Below, one piece after another: positions 1 to 12,309 of a stretch of 64,000 nucleotides of DNA. Source of the DNA: Spizellomyces punctatus DAOM BR117 (taxonomy: Eukaryota); NCBI GenBank assembly GCA_000182565.2, contig KQ257454.1, one strand, 5' to 3'. The notes beneath the pieces are model-generated. The model searched no databases. It saw nothing but the letters and a program-made list of their open reading frames with translations, and was not told where the DNA came from. Position numbers and translations under genes: made by a program. Within the stretch, counting starts at the first letter, position 1. Every line of letters begins with the position of its first letter.

Positions 1-478
1 ACTTGTGCGCCAAAGGCATAGACTCCATTGATGACGCATTGGAATGGTGAGAGCCTATCGAGCCGACAGAAGTCCTTCTCATCCCAGGCGAACCCGGTGG
101 AGGGGAGTGATTCCCTTGTACGTTTGCCCTCTCTGCGTCTGGTCTTCTTTGCTGCTGCCAGTCTAGAATGAGACGCCTTTTCCGACTACTGTCAAAGCTC
201 ATCATGTGAGTCCGTGCAGGACCATGAATTCCGCGATCATTCTGTATGGTTGGAGAGTAAGTTATGTCAGATGCACTTACTTTGACAGACTATATGCTCG
301 TGTTACGTACCAGCATGGCCTCAAATGCACGCAATAGGTCCTGACTCTCCCGCTCACGGTCCTTTCCGCTGGCTCCGAAAATTCTGGACCCAATCTCCGC
401 CAGCTTATCTTTTGTTCGCTCCGACATGCTCGTATGGGAGGTTCGGCGGGTCTCTTTGAAGTCATTTGGCCGATACAT
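1..478 (-). CDS. 5' part of a probable formin-like protein (GTPase-binding-domain N-terminus); runs off the window start
   Basis: ATG at 478. Exon 478-311, GT-AG intron 310-242, then open to base 1. The join reads ...DLLRAFEAML|NDRGIHGPARTHMMSFDSSRKRRLILDWQQ, resembling the start of Drf GBD domains and the equivalent segment of the formin at 18-23 kb. Confidence 0.5.
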
Positions 479-650
479 TAAGTACAGAAGCCCTTCTGGG
501 CAGTCGTCCCGCTGAGCAGGAAAGTTTACGCTGCTGAAATGAAGACGTAAAATGAGGAGACATGAATGCAAGTGGACATGCGGGGATTCATGATATCTTT
601 CAGTGGCGCAGTTTTCAAGTGGCAGTACAACGATGTCATTATAAACAAAA

Positions 651-2708
651 TCAACGAGTGGCCTCCAAGAGATCGCGGGTCCATTTCGCACCTTCTTCAA
701 AATGAGTACCCAAGCCGACAAATCCCTCCATACATGTCCCCAAGCTCCCCAGCACATCGTCGGCTTCCGTCAGTAGGCCAAGTCGATGCAGATTAATGTA
801 ACCTGTTGCAGCTTGCCAAATGCAGATCCCAAACGTCCAGGGCTCCAGATTTTTAATGGTCGGATTGGTGGGTAAAATAACTTCAGCCAAAATGCGTACT
901 ATCTCCCGCGCTTCCTCCCGACATCCTACAACAGCAGCGCTTGCCTTCGCATATTCTAAACTCGTTGATGAGTGTACTGTGTCGATCATCGCCGGCCAGC
1001 GAAGGAGCAAACGAGAGGTGTGATATAACAGATGCACAGAGACCCAGAACCAGCTTTGCAAGGGCTTATCGGCGGTAAGATCAGGTATGAAGTACTTGCC
1101 AAGATGAGTTGCCCACGATGGCAGACCAGCAAACCAAGCGCGAAGCTCCTGATCTAAGCCCTGAAGCTGTGACTGGCGATCCGCATAACTTCCGACTTCC
1201 ATTGAATTCGGGTTTGGTAAATATAGCCAAGTTGGGAGTCGAATATTGTCCTGATGGCCACTCGGTATAGGGTCTGGAAGAATACGATCAAAAATGTCAT
1301 GCAGCTTGAGAAACGCAATATACGGATCAGTCATAATGTCGCGTATCGCATCCGGTTGTGGAGATTCCCCGGATTTGAGTACAGTTTGCCAGAGAAGCTC
1401 GGCAGAAGGTAACTGTACTCGAACAATCTCTAATGAAATCCGCCGCGGACGAAATCCCAGATTCGCCATCTGCCTTAATTCCCTGGTGAGCAACACTGAC
1501 TTAATCACATGTCACCGGGTATTGCTACATACCGGTCTCCATGAAAGCAGGCCCAGAATGTCCTTCGCCTCGTCTCCGTTACGACCCACGTTTGTGACGG
1601 GTCGATCTCCGGTTCCAGATGAAGGTCTAATGACAGCGCGATGCTAATTGCACTGTCCAAGTGCTGCACTCCAGTAAGAGCTGTAGTAGAGGAGTCAGGG
1701 GCCATGATCAACAATTTCCAGCGACAGGGAGTCACTACTCACTACGGCCCGAGGACAGAGCGTGCGCCTAATTGGGCAATTTTCAACCATCGCGCAAACT
1801 TTTAAGTGCAATTGAATGGCCTTATAGCATACCGATAGTAGTAACAAGGCATGGATTACTTCAATGTCAGCAGCAGCTTGGCTTTGATGCAACAATTGCT
1901 CAGCACGTTCATAGAATAAGTCGCCAGCCCTGTACTGAGGCCGTCCCGGGAAGAGGTTTGAATACTTTGCTCCAAGGGTATACACTGCATTCATTAGCAA
2001 CGGCGAGTGACTCCGTAGTTCTCGCATAAATGTACAGTGATGGAGAAAGTTGTGCGGCTGTACGTGGTAGTGGCATGCGATAAAGAGCTTATAAATAAGT
2101 GATTATGAGCATACTGTTCCTCATATGAGTATAGGTACGCGTTGCGTACATACCTCTACGAGTTCATCCAAGGCGGTCTGGGCAATGTTAGGCTCGTTGC
2201 TATAATCCTCCTCCTCAGCCAGCAGATCAGACAATGCTTGATCAGAGAGTTGCCCATTACCCTCGGCTAAATTGGACATTGCCGAAGAGTCGAGCGACAC
2301 AGAAGAACTTCCTGAACTCAAGTCCATCAATTCAGGCGTTACCGCAGTATTTTCGGTGGCACTCTGTGCTAATGCTCTCCTTGCAGTCTCCTGTTGATGT
2401 GCCAAAAGCAGGGCACCCGGATCAAGGCCATGTTCTCGAGCTAGCGTTTCCAAGTCTCTTAGCCTCGTTTGCAATAGATCTACATAGCGTGCACGAGGGC
2501 CCTTTTCCTTTGTTTCCGCTACGTTGTCTGTGGCCGTCTGCTGGTGTCCCGAGCTACGTGCTGACCAGCTGCAGCTCAGAGAGCTTCTTTCACACGTCCC
2601 GCAACTCGGCCGTACACCGTCGCATTTGTATTTACGTTTCCGACAAGGATCACAAGCTTGATACACCCGCTTTCGCTTTGGCACCTGATGCTCTTTTGAA
2701 GAGGACAT
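651..2708 (-). CDS. Zn(II)2Cys6 fungal transcription factor with fungal-specific middle homology region (multi-exon)
   Basis: ACDPCRKRKYKCDGVRPSCGTCERSSLSC binuclear cluster. Downstream exons carry 'SPLLMNAVYTLGAKY' and 'ETRRRTFWACFHGDR', typical of Fungal_trans. The 3' end at 651 is taken from the ORF stop. Confidence 0.9.
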
Positions 2709-2841
2709 CGTGGAAGATTGGCGCGGAGAGTCTCATTCAATACGACTGGCTCCACTGTTACTCTACTTTGGTTGGAACCAAACCCACACATTCGCGACAG
2801 ATTCAGACTTGCTCAATGCTCAGATCTACAGAAAATGTAAG

Positions 2842-4802
2842 ATGCAGCAAGCGCCTGACCTATTAATGACGACCGAACCAAGCGATCCCGGGCAGTCCTC
2901 CCTACTTGTGCGGAACGTACCGTTAGATGAACTACCAGTCGGGAAGGACATCACGGATTTCTTCGTTCGATTCGGTGCAAAAGACGTTCGGGTCTTAAGA
3001 GGAGGGAAAATGGTAGGTATGTGGTACGTCGGCAGTGAGTTTCACCAATAGATTGCGTTGGCTAAGTCATGTGTTATGCCGGCAGCGCAACTGTGCATTT
3101 GTTCGCTTCCCTTCGTCCGCTGAAGCTTCTGCCGCCTCGAGCAGGTTGCGAAGAATATCGCTCTTTGGTCGGAAGCTCAAAGTGGAATATGCACAAGCAT
3201 TGGATGGGTACGAAAAAATGCAAGATCCTGGTGTTATGGGCAACCCTTCTTGATTTCCTTCTCCTTAGATCGGCTCAGGAGGAAGCCAAGTGTGCATCAT
3301 CAAACACTGCTCCAGCACCGGTGACCATCGCACCACAGCTCGGGTGATGTCTCTACGATACATTTCCATAGATAGCACTGACAGAAAAGTCTAAACTTGC
3401 CCCTTTTGCAGGATTAACTGGTCTTCTTCCCCCAATCTGGTTTATCGCTACCCATCTCCTACTCCCGACATCCTCAGGAACATCATGCGTTCCATTGCTG
3501 CAGTGCCTAAACTTTATACGCAAGTTCTGCATTTGATGAATAAAATGAACTTACCACCGCCGTTTGAACACGTGGCTAAAGAGTCTTCCAAGGTAAGTAA
3601 CCTGTACTTACGGCCGATCGACCCAATCATGGGTGGTACTTACATCGCATCTCGGGCAGAAACTTGGACATTCGCAGCAATACCTGCGTGTAAGTACGAT
3701 ACAAGGCAAGAAGCGACCTCGTGATGAGCTTCTAGCAAGCGATGAATCTGAACTAGATTCTGAAGAGGACGTCAGACCGATCAAAATCAAAAGATCAGCT
3801 ATGGAAGGTCCTGCTCTCCAGCAGCATATGAAGCACGCTCCTTCCATGGAACTGGTCACACCTACACCGCCAATACTCCCAGTAGCGCACCGGGTCCCCT
3901 TCCAAAGCTCCGTCACAGTTGGAGCAAGTGCTCATCAATGGAACTTCTCCGTTCAGCCTCTCCCACCAGGAATGACGCGTTCCGCACTACCTGTGCCGTT
4001 ACTGGCCAATTCCGGTCCGAAAATTTACAGTCCCCGTCGACCTGTCCCCCCACCTCTCCTGAATTCGCCCCCCGGCCCACCGCTCACCTTCAATCGACAC
4101 CCGGTAACAATGTCGTCCGCGATGGTACTTCGTCCCCCTTCCCACCGAAGCCCCCCAGTTACCGAATCCGCCAACAGAGAGAGTGTCCCTGCATCAAAAG
4201 GGAACGAAATGCCTACGGTGCACCAAGATGTTATCTCCTTGGTGGAGCTGCAAACGCATCGCCTGTCCATTACGGGTATGAAAATCTTGTAATAGTAAGC
4301 TGTGACGACTATTATTTACCTGGCTTATTCTAGATCTTATGAAGATCCCATCTTTTTCCAAGTATACACGTGGTGATCCCTCACCTGTACTTTACGTTAA
4401 AAATCTTAACCACAAGAAAGTGTCGGAAGCGGATTTGCGACGAATATTTGGTCGATTTCATACGTCGCAAGATATTGAAAGGTATTGAATGCATATTCAA
4501 TGATATCAACCGCAATTGAATCATCAATTCCTTGGGCTCATGTGGCAAAACTATCATAACTCAGTCTGGACATCAAGCTTATGAAAGAGGGAAGAATGAA
4601 GGGGCAGGCTTTCGTCCGCTATACCAGTACCGACGCTGCGACTGAAGCCTTAGACAGCATACATGGCTTCGTTTTGCACGACAAACCGATGGTCATTGTG
4701 AGTAACTACCTCTTGTCAGGAAAAAATGCATTCACAGATTGAGTGACTCAACTGTTTTAGCAATACGGGCGGTCCGGAATAACTGAACACCACAGTCGAT
4801 GA
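2842..4802 (+). CDS. RNPC3: U11/U12 snRNP 65K protein (two RRMs), minor spliceosome
   Basis: N-terminal RRM, then 'YRYPSPTPDILRNIMRSIAAVPKLYTQVLHLMNKMNLPPPF' and 'ASDESELDSEED'. C-terminal RRM 'GDPSPVLYVKNL...KLMKEGRMKGQAF...HGFVLHDKPMVIQYGR'. All match remembered RNPC3 signatures. Confidence 0.88.
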
Positions 4803-4889
4803 CTTGCCGTCGTTTAGAATGTACATACGAGTCAGCTCGGCTCAAAAGTTAAATTATTTATGTTTTGCGATGTCCATGTAAACAACGTG

Positions 4890-6007
4890 TCAATACCCGA
4901 CGACGCATCTCGCCGCCTTGGCCAGATCTCTCCATACACATATCTGGCTGAACCCACTATTCTGCATAATTTGTGTCACGCGACTAGCTTGTTCGGACCC
5001 GATCTCCGTTACTAGTCTAGGTATAGGAACTCGACTGTCAGTCTCCGATGCAGGTTTCAAAAGCCACCTTTGCGCGACGAACGCTATTCGTTCATGAAAG
5101 GCTGTTCCATTATTATCTGCAATTAGTGCACAATGATCTTCCCACTCTTTCACATCTTCGTCCAACTCCAAAAATTCCTGTTTCGATACATAAGGCGGAT
5201 TGCTGACGATCATGTCGAACCGGCGACTGACATGGCCACCCAGATGTTGTACAACCCCATCGTCCCACACATCAACCCACTGCACATCCAGCAGGGAAGG
5301 AGAAATGTCTAATCTGCGTGCGTTCACGCGAGTAAGACGAAGTGCTGAAGCGGAGATATCGGCAGCCGTAACGTGCACGTCCCCAATACCCGAAAGGTGA
5401 TGCGCTAATGAGATTGCTATGCATCCAGTTCCTGTACATAGATCCAGAATACGGAATGGTTCCTTTTCATGGGATGATCGGGTGGCAATGTGAGGTTTGA
5501 GTGCATCTATCAACTTCATTGTCCATTCCTCAGTCTCCCATCTAAGAATAGACCCAAGAGAGACCGATGAGCTCCATACACAAATTACACAATTTCTCTT
5601 AACTAGTATCGCCTTCCTTCTCACCTCGATTCTTACCTTGGTATGAGCGTTGGTCTCCTCACTTTCAGTTCCAAGCCGCAGAAAGGCTGCGTACCCAACA
5701 GGTACTGGAGCGGTCTCTTTTTCTCTACTCTCTCGTATATCCACTGGTCAAGTCGGCGCTGTTCCTCCACTGTGCACAGCTCAGATAATGACCTTTCTAG
5801 GATGGTGGGGGCGAAAGTAGGAATAGGTGACGGTCGGGAAGGGCGTGGAAAGTAGTAGGCAGATCTTGACCTACGAGAGTGCAATTTTTCTACCATCCAC
5901 TTCAATTCACGAGCTGCAGCTTGGGAATCGTTGTCGCATGCTGGGAGAAGCCGAGTGACAAGGGAATTGTATAGCGCTCGACCAGGTTGGAGGCCGGACA
6001 CTGCCAT
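4890..6007 (-). CDS. HemK/PrmC-family N5-glutamine methyltransferase (release-factor methylase, probably mitochondrial MTQ1-like)
   Basis: PLQYLLGTQPF...RRPTLIPR|WETEEW, SAM motif ILDLCTGTGCIA, and SNPPY motif. One intron near 5540-5637. Confidence 0.9.
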
Positions 6008-6452
6008 GGTGTTCTTGCAGATCTGCCTATTAGTATCGTGCACGCGACATTTAAAAATGCGATCACAAAAAGATTGCTATCAATCTATGAAATACTGGCC
6101 AATGGAAAGCATGGTTTTATCCTCAAAAGAATGAAACAGGCATGGTCTACACGACGTTACCCATTCCCCCTCCGCAACCAGAGACATGAATGCCAGATTA
6201 TCTGTGCACGGTACTGAAGCCTGTCTCGATGTAGATACCTCTCCCAACAAGGTTTATCTCCAGCCCAGATACCCTCAATGTGATAGATAGGTCGTTTTAT
6301 TTATTGCCTGTCCACTGCTAGAGATTTCCGCTTGTGTTCGATCATTCCCAAAATGGACAGCGTTGCCGTGCGATATCTGGTTAATTTGCAAGTATTAGGC
6401 GGCTATGAGATATATTCATAACCGTGTTTGAGGCACGAGAACATTGGCGAGA

Positions 6453-7715
6453 ATGTTGCTCCACCCAATTCCGCTCAATGAAGCACTCGGCTGTATTGAC
6501 GGCAAGCAAGCCGTAATGATGTTTCAAGAGCCCTTGATACCTGGTATAATAAAAGCAAGGTTGGTTGCCAAGAGTTGTTAAGGAACCTTTCGCGAAATTG
6601 ACATGGATCTTCGGTATCAATATCAGACCCAACCGGTTCATTATGGAGGTGTCGTGCTGGCAACCTGCAGTCCTTTGAATTGCCTCATGCGTGGACCATT
6701 CAACATGTGCGTCACAGGTTGATATCCATGGTAGAGGAGTGTGCGATTGTCATTGCCCATGTCAGTTCGTGTTCATAGTCTATGTATGCTTGGAGTTGAA
6801 AACTGAAGCTGCAACATTCTAGGCACAGGCCGGATTGGTAACCTAAATTTCGGCAACACACCCTGCCTTGTGTCCAAGTCGAAACCTGGACAAAAGAGGA
6901 GAACCGAGTTCACTGTGGAAGCCATATCGACGCAGTCAATTTCGGAGCCCCTGTCAACCACAGAGTGGATCGGTATCAATCAATCACTATCGAACTCATA
7001 TGTGGAGTACTTTATGCGATTGGGAGCCTTTGACGAACTGGGTATTACGAAATCCTCAACGATTCGGAGAGAAGTGTCGGTTGGAGACAGTCGAATCGAT
7101 TTTGAGATCGATGAGACGACCTTTGTAGAGGTCAAGGTGAGCATTTTACTTTTGAATGTTGAAGCTCACCTCTGAGAACTGACCCGGTCCCAAGACGCCT
7201 TTAATTCATATACCAGGTACGGGGATAGGGGACTCAAAGCCATTGACAGCGTTTCATAGGTAAATTCGAAAAAAGTCTTGATGCGCAACATCTATAGGGT
7301 GAACTAACGCTTCTGTAATGCGACAGGATTGTTAAGGTCTGCCATTCCTTCGCATAAACATGCATATTCCATTTCTGATGCGTATTATTCAGCATTTTGA
7401 TGAATTAGCTAGCGCCGTCAAATCAGAATCCAGCACAGGTCACTTGAAGAGGGGCATATTTTTGTTCTGTTTTTTCTACGATGCGCCACCGTTTCAACGA
7501 CCTCCGGCTACGGTAAATATTGAGGCTATCACTCAGGCAGCGAAACGAGCGAAGGAAGCGGGGGTGCAGTTCTGGCAGGTAATTCCATATTCCTCGCAAA
7601 TGTAAACGTAGGCGACTAATCTGAATTGCCCTTACTGTTCTTTCAGGCTAATTTTAGGGTAACACCTGAGGGAATCCATTTTCTTAGAGTATTCCGACTG
7701 GAAAGCGACTATTAA
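6453..7715 (+). CDS. sfsA: SfsA-family (sugar fermentation stimulation) PD-(D/E)XK nuclease-like protein, 8 exons
   Basis: Exons 6453-6559, 6627-6648, 6718-6760, 6823-7136, 7195-7259, 7327-7336, 7393-7578, 7647-7715 join in frame via GT-AG introns. The product contains RPNRF, CHCPCTGRIG, IRREVSVGDSRIDF..FVEVK, RIVKHFDEL and AKEAGV, the SfsA motif order. Confidence 0.85.
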
Positions 7716-7858
7716 AGGGTAATGCTATGTAAACAGTCAATGGAGGGATATTCCATCAAACAATGAGCGCCACTGGACGTGGTGTCCCCGCGAGTTTCAT
7801 CGAAGATTGTGCAAGCGCATGAATAAATATCATTAAACCTCAATATCTACTGTACGAT

Positions 7859-9651
7859 CTACATTATTCTACATCTGCCTTGCGATGCATCCCGTTCGGC
7901 CTCATGTTCCACCCTTGTTAAAAGCCCTTGTGCTTCCTCAGCCAGCGGCCCGCCTCTTTTCACCGCTGCAACCAAATATGACCTAGCTAGGTTTAAATCT
8001 TTGTTAACCTTCCTGAAAAGATCTCCAGGTTGCCTCTTCAGTCCCTCTAGATACAATTTTCCCAAATTGACTTGCGAAATCTGAAGGCCCTGTTCTGCTG
8101 CCATTTTCCAATACTCGATGGCGTCCCAAATATCGCGTTTTATGTCGAACTCTTCGTTGCCTTGAAAATAAATGCTGGCAACATTGTGCTGCGCTATTGA
8201 CAACCCTGCATCACAACAATGAATAACAATTGATCTATGCATTGGAATCAAAAGGGACTTACCCTTGTTAGCCGCTTGCAGAAACAGCTCAAGCGCTTTC
8301 TTAGCATCGGGGCGTCCATCAGGTGATCCTTCTCCCGACGCATAGTGGGTCCCAAGCAGAAATGTAGCTTCGACCATCCCTGATGCGATGTAAGTTACTG
8401 GTACCTTGTGTAATCAGTCAGTTGAAGGTACCTTTCTCATGTGCGTGCTGCAGGTACTTCATCGCCTTGGGCACATTCTTAGGAACAACGGGGACGATAC
8501 CCTTCCCGTAAATAAAACCTACACTTGTTCATCTAACCCACCAAAAGGAGCGCTTTCAAAGTGGCATAGAGACCTAGCTGGCCATATGCTTGAGTAATTC
8601 CACTTGTAGCTGCGGATTCAAGCAACTTTATCCCTGAAGACACGTCAGATCCCGTAGAGATGTGACGTAGACCAAGGATGTACTGGGACAACCCGTGCTT
8701 TCGACTTGCTAAGGATCGCATGATTTGGAGAGCCTGCTTAACGTCCTTTTTGAATCCGGGAATATCTTGAACAGATCAGACACTTAATTAATGGTCTGGA
8801 CTGACTCGAGCATGCTACATATCAAATTACCTTTGGATAGAACTTGGGCATATTGATATTCTGCATCCATATCGCCGCACCGAGATGCGATTTCCAACAT
8901 CTTCCGTGCGAGGGGTAATCCATCTTAGATTCAATTAGTCTTCATCTGGCGTGGGAATGGAAGGGAAACACCGCCAGGCCAATTTTACAACTGATAGGTA
9001 CCTGGCGAATGTCGGGCTAACATAGTGCCCACCATCGTTAGATTTCGTACGTCCCTATTTGCAACTATATGACAACAACTGGATGGTTGAGCGCTGTATT
9101 CGATCTGCATTCCTCACCAACATAAAAATGCGTCCAAACCTACTCTCCATAAGCGTTCGCTCCAAGACAACAGTACTCCCAGCTGCATTATTTTTCCCAA
9201 AGTCTATGATTGCCGATACCAAGGCCACCTGTTGATGAGCAGGTATAGAGACCCGCTTGTCTTCATACAGCTTGTGCAAGATGGGCCACGGCGGTAGCAC
9301 CTCCTCAGGAACCAAGCTTTGCAAATCTGTCGGTGAAGTTCTTGTGCTGTGCGTCGGTACACCGGCATCCTTTACGGCACTCTCCAGAACTTCACCGTCT
9401 ATCGATATAGTGTCAAATACTCCCCCAACGGTTGGGGTACGAAGCCCGTTGCCCCTCATCGAAGGAATGGACGTGAAATGTCGCAGACCTGACCTGTTTG
9501 AATCGCGGGTCCATGAAGAGGATATAACAGGGACGGCACGCAACGCTGCTTGGTTCGAAGGAACCCCTTTTGTGTTGTTGGCCTTGCAAAAGACAGCCAC
9601 ATGCTGCTGCGCTCGTTGAGCCCGATATCTGGTGGATGAGTGGACGTTCAT
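7859..9651 (-). CDS. Sel1-like repeat protein, possible mitochondrial presequence
   Basis: Repeated SLR units, e.g. 'ATFLLGTHYASG..DAKKALELFLQAANKG', 'AQHNVASIYFQG...AIEYWKMAAEQG' and 'SQVNLGKLYLEG'. Arg/Ala/Ser-rich N-terminus. Confidence 0.85.
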
Positions 9652-11108
9652 GCCACCAATTTTCGAAATTTTCTCAGCACTTGGTGATCTGACAGTAAGG
9701 CATCCTGAACTTCACGATCGGCTTCATTCGATCCATAAATATCCCATTGGAAGTAATGTTTAACCACTTTAACCACTATTGTCATTGGGATATTTCAATT
9801 GCGGGAATCGATCATCTAACTCTGCCCGCGCTCACGGCGTACCCCCAATCAGTATTGGAACTCTGGCTCTAACCATCCTGTCTCTCACATGGCCGTTAAA
9901 CTCTCCTTAGTTCACTTCAACCATCTGAGGGTGACAACCGTAAGTTTTCATTCCATCGTATGCGGACAGCCATGGAAGTCTGGCATTCCCGCTTGTGCTT
10001 GACGCCATGTGTGGCGAACATTGGCCAGCTTGTTGACACAGACGGTCCATTCAATATTGTATGTTTCAACACATGTTCTGCAACTTCCTCCGTAAAATGT
10101 CACATTGGAAACACCTAAGGAAGCATGTTATCACACATGGTCCTTTTCAGAAGGACAGGCAGTCTACAGCGTCAAGCAATGAAGAGGGAAACTGGCCCAT
10201 TATCCTACCTATAAAGAGAGTCTTGACTCACTGCATGTGCTGTGGCAGTTTGATAGAATCTGTGCCAGCGGAATGGGATATTGGCACAGTTGCCAAAGGG
10301 TCAAAATTATGGACTGGTCCTAGAACAAGTGCCCAATATGTCCGCTAATGACTTTCTACACTTTTTGCTTGCTTTTCGGAAGATCTGGGATCACTAGATG
10401 TGTGCGCATCAATGACCACAGCCGCTTTTGTCCAATTGCGTGTCCTTTGCGAGATGACGACGTCGCTCGGATGTTAGGGAAATGCGCAGGCACTGCATCC
10501 GAAAACCTAATGAACTCATGCGCTCCTGACTCCAGTAACTGCATCTACAAGTATTGTATATCATGTAGCTGCCAGCGCAACTGTGGAGGCGAAGGTGCTT
10601 CACAACGCTTTATGACAAGCCTGTCCGAGTCGATGGAATGCAGCCATCACCTATATCACCTGTTCTCGAACGTCCTTTGTTCAATTATTCCACCACAAGA
10701 GATCTTCATGTTAGACGAAAACATTTTTCTTCCATCAATTATTTCCAGCAAGACTTGGAACTTCCTCATCTTGATCTGTTTATAATTCTCTGTATGCTTT
10801 AAGTTGGTCATATTTGTCAACCATAGGTCTGACAAAGATCCACTATCTTTAGTTTCTTGTCACCTCCCTCGTCTTACTTGGTACCCCGAAACCATCCAAG
10901 CAATATCAGCAGCATACAATGGATCACCTAGGTCAATTTCTATTTCGGTGGACGGTTTCCGGTCATGTATCGGGCAAATGCGCAAACATCAGAGCGTATA
11001 ACGTGAGGTAGATCTTTTGTTTCCAGTCTGAGGACGCGCTACTAAGCACGTTAACCAGACCCACCACATAGCAACCCATTGCTGGGCGGACGATCTTGCA
11101 CATGTAAA

Positions 11109-12149
11109 ATGACTACACATTTCCATACCCGACTTGGGTGCATAAGCTACCGTATTTTGACGTTATCAAAGCCGGTATGTTACGGAACTCCTAGACATTC
11201 ATTTGTTGCTACTGCAAGATTATATCAGGTAAGTAACACCATATCCGTCTGGCATAGCTCTCTTTGCTGATATCGTCCTGGGTCACATAGCAGCCAAGAA
11301 ATTTCAGTTCTAGGCGAACCTCTTCCTTATTTTCTTGTGGACCAACCAACACCTTTCCAGCAGTATCATGTACAGGACGCTCAGCAACTATAGGGCTTTC
11401 TTTGATAGAAGGCCGGAAGCCGATCCAAGCTCGTGCTCTACAAATGGCAGTTCTATCTCGTTTCTTCTCAACTAGCAACGTCTCCCGCTCGTATCCATCT
11501 CAGCAAGACCCTTCCGATGCCCGCTCCCGGTACCGACAAGAAAGAACTTTTGCCATGCATACTACAATGTATTACACCGCTGCGATTATCGTCTTCTTTA
11601 TTGGTGCATCGTACGCGGCTGTTCCCCTCTATAAGCTCATTTGCACCCAAACAGGGCTGGACGGCACTCCGCTCACTTCCCCTGGTCACAAGTTTGAGCC
11701 GGAATCTATGGTTCCTGTTCCAAACTCAAGGAAGGTGAAAATCAGATTTGCGTCATCAGTGTCCGACAGCATGCGTTGGTCGTTCGTTCCCGTTACCCAG
11801 GAAATCTCCGTTGTTCCGGGAGAAACTGCGTTGGCATTCTATACCGCGCACAACCCTACGGACGAGGATATTGTCGGTATATCCACGTATTCGGTGGTGC
11901 CCGCCAAAGCGGCACAATACTTCAATAAAATACAATGCTTTTGCTTTGAAGAGCAGAGATTGGAAGCGAATGAGGAAGTCGACATGCCTGTCTTCTTCTA
12001 CATTGATCCCGAATTCGCATACGACCCTTGGATGAAAGACGTGAGAACAATCACCTTGCATTACACATTCTTCAAAAGTAAGTTGGTCCGATCATTGCCA
12101 AGTTAGTTCGCCTTCTGATCGCAGGCTTTCTTCAGGTAAAAATCAATAA
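11109..12149 (+). CDS. COX11: Cytochrome c oxidase assembly copper chaperone
   Basis: SYAAVPLYKLIC TM segment, PGETALAFY, YFNKIQCFCFEEQRL and VDMPVFFYIDP. An upstream exon 11109-11228 (presequence-like) splices in frame to 11291. The last-exon acceptor is ambiguous (12124 or 12135). Confidence 0.95.
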
Positions 12150-12309
12150 AGGCACCAAATTGACCGCACATGGAGGCATGATGTGACTGTGAGATATGGT
12201 TCCCCTTAACATGGTATCTCCATGCGAATTGGCATCAGGGGACAGACATAGCATACACACAATATGATACAACAAGGAGCTTTGTACTTTATTTATTGCC
12301 ATTACCCAG

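Noticed and set aside
2234-2866. Long antisense or alternate-frame ORFs over real genes (this one and many others in the track)
   Set aside because: They shadow well-supported genes on the opposite strand or frame and show no family motifs.
10348-10785. 145-aa Cys-rich plus-strand ORF
   Set aside because: No recognisable cysteine spacing or domain; not supportable as a gene.
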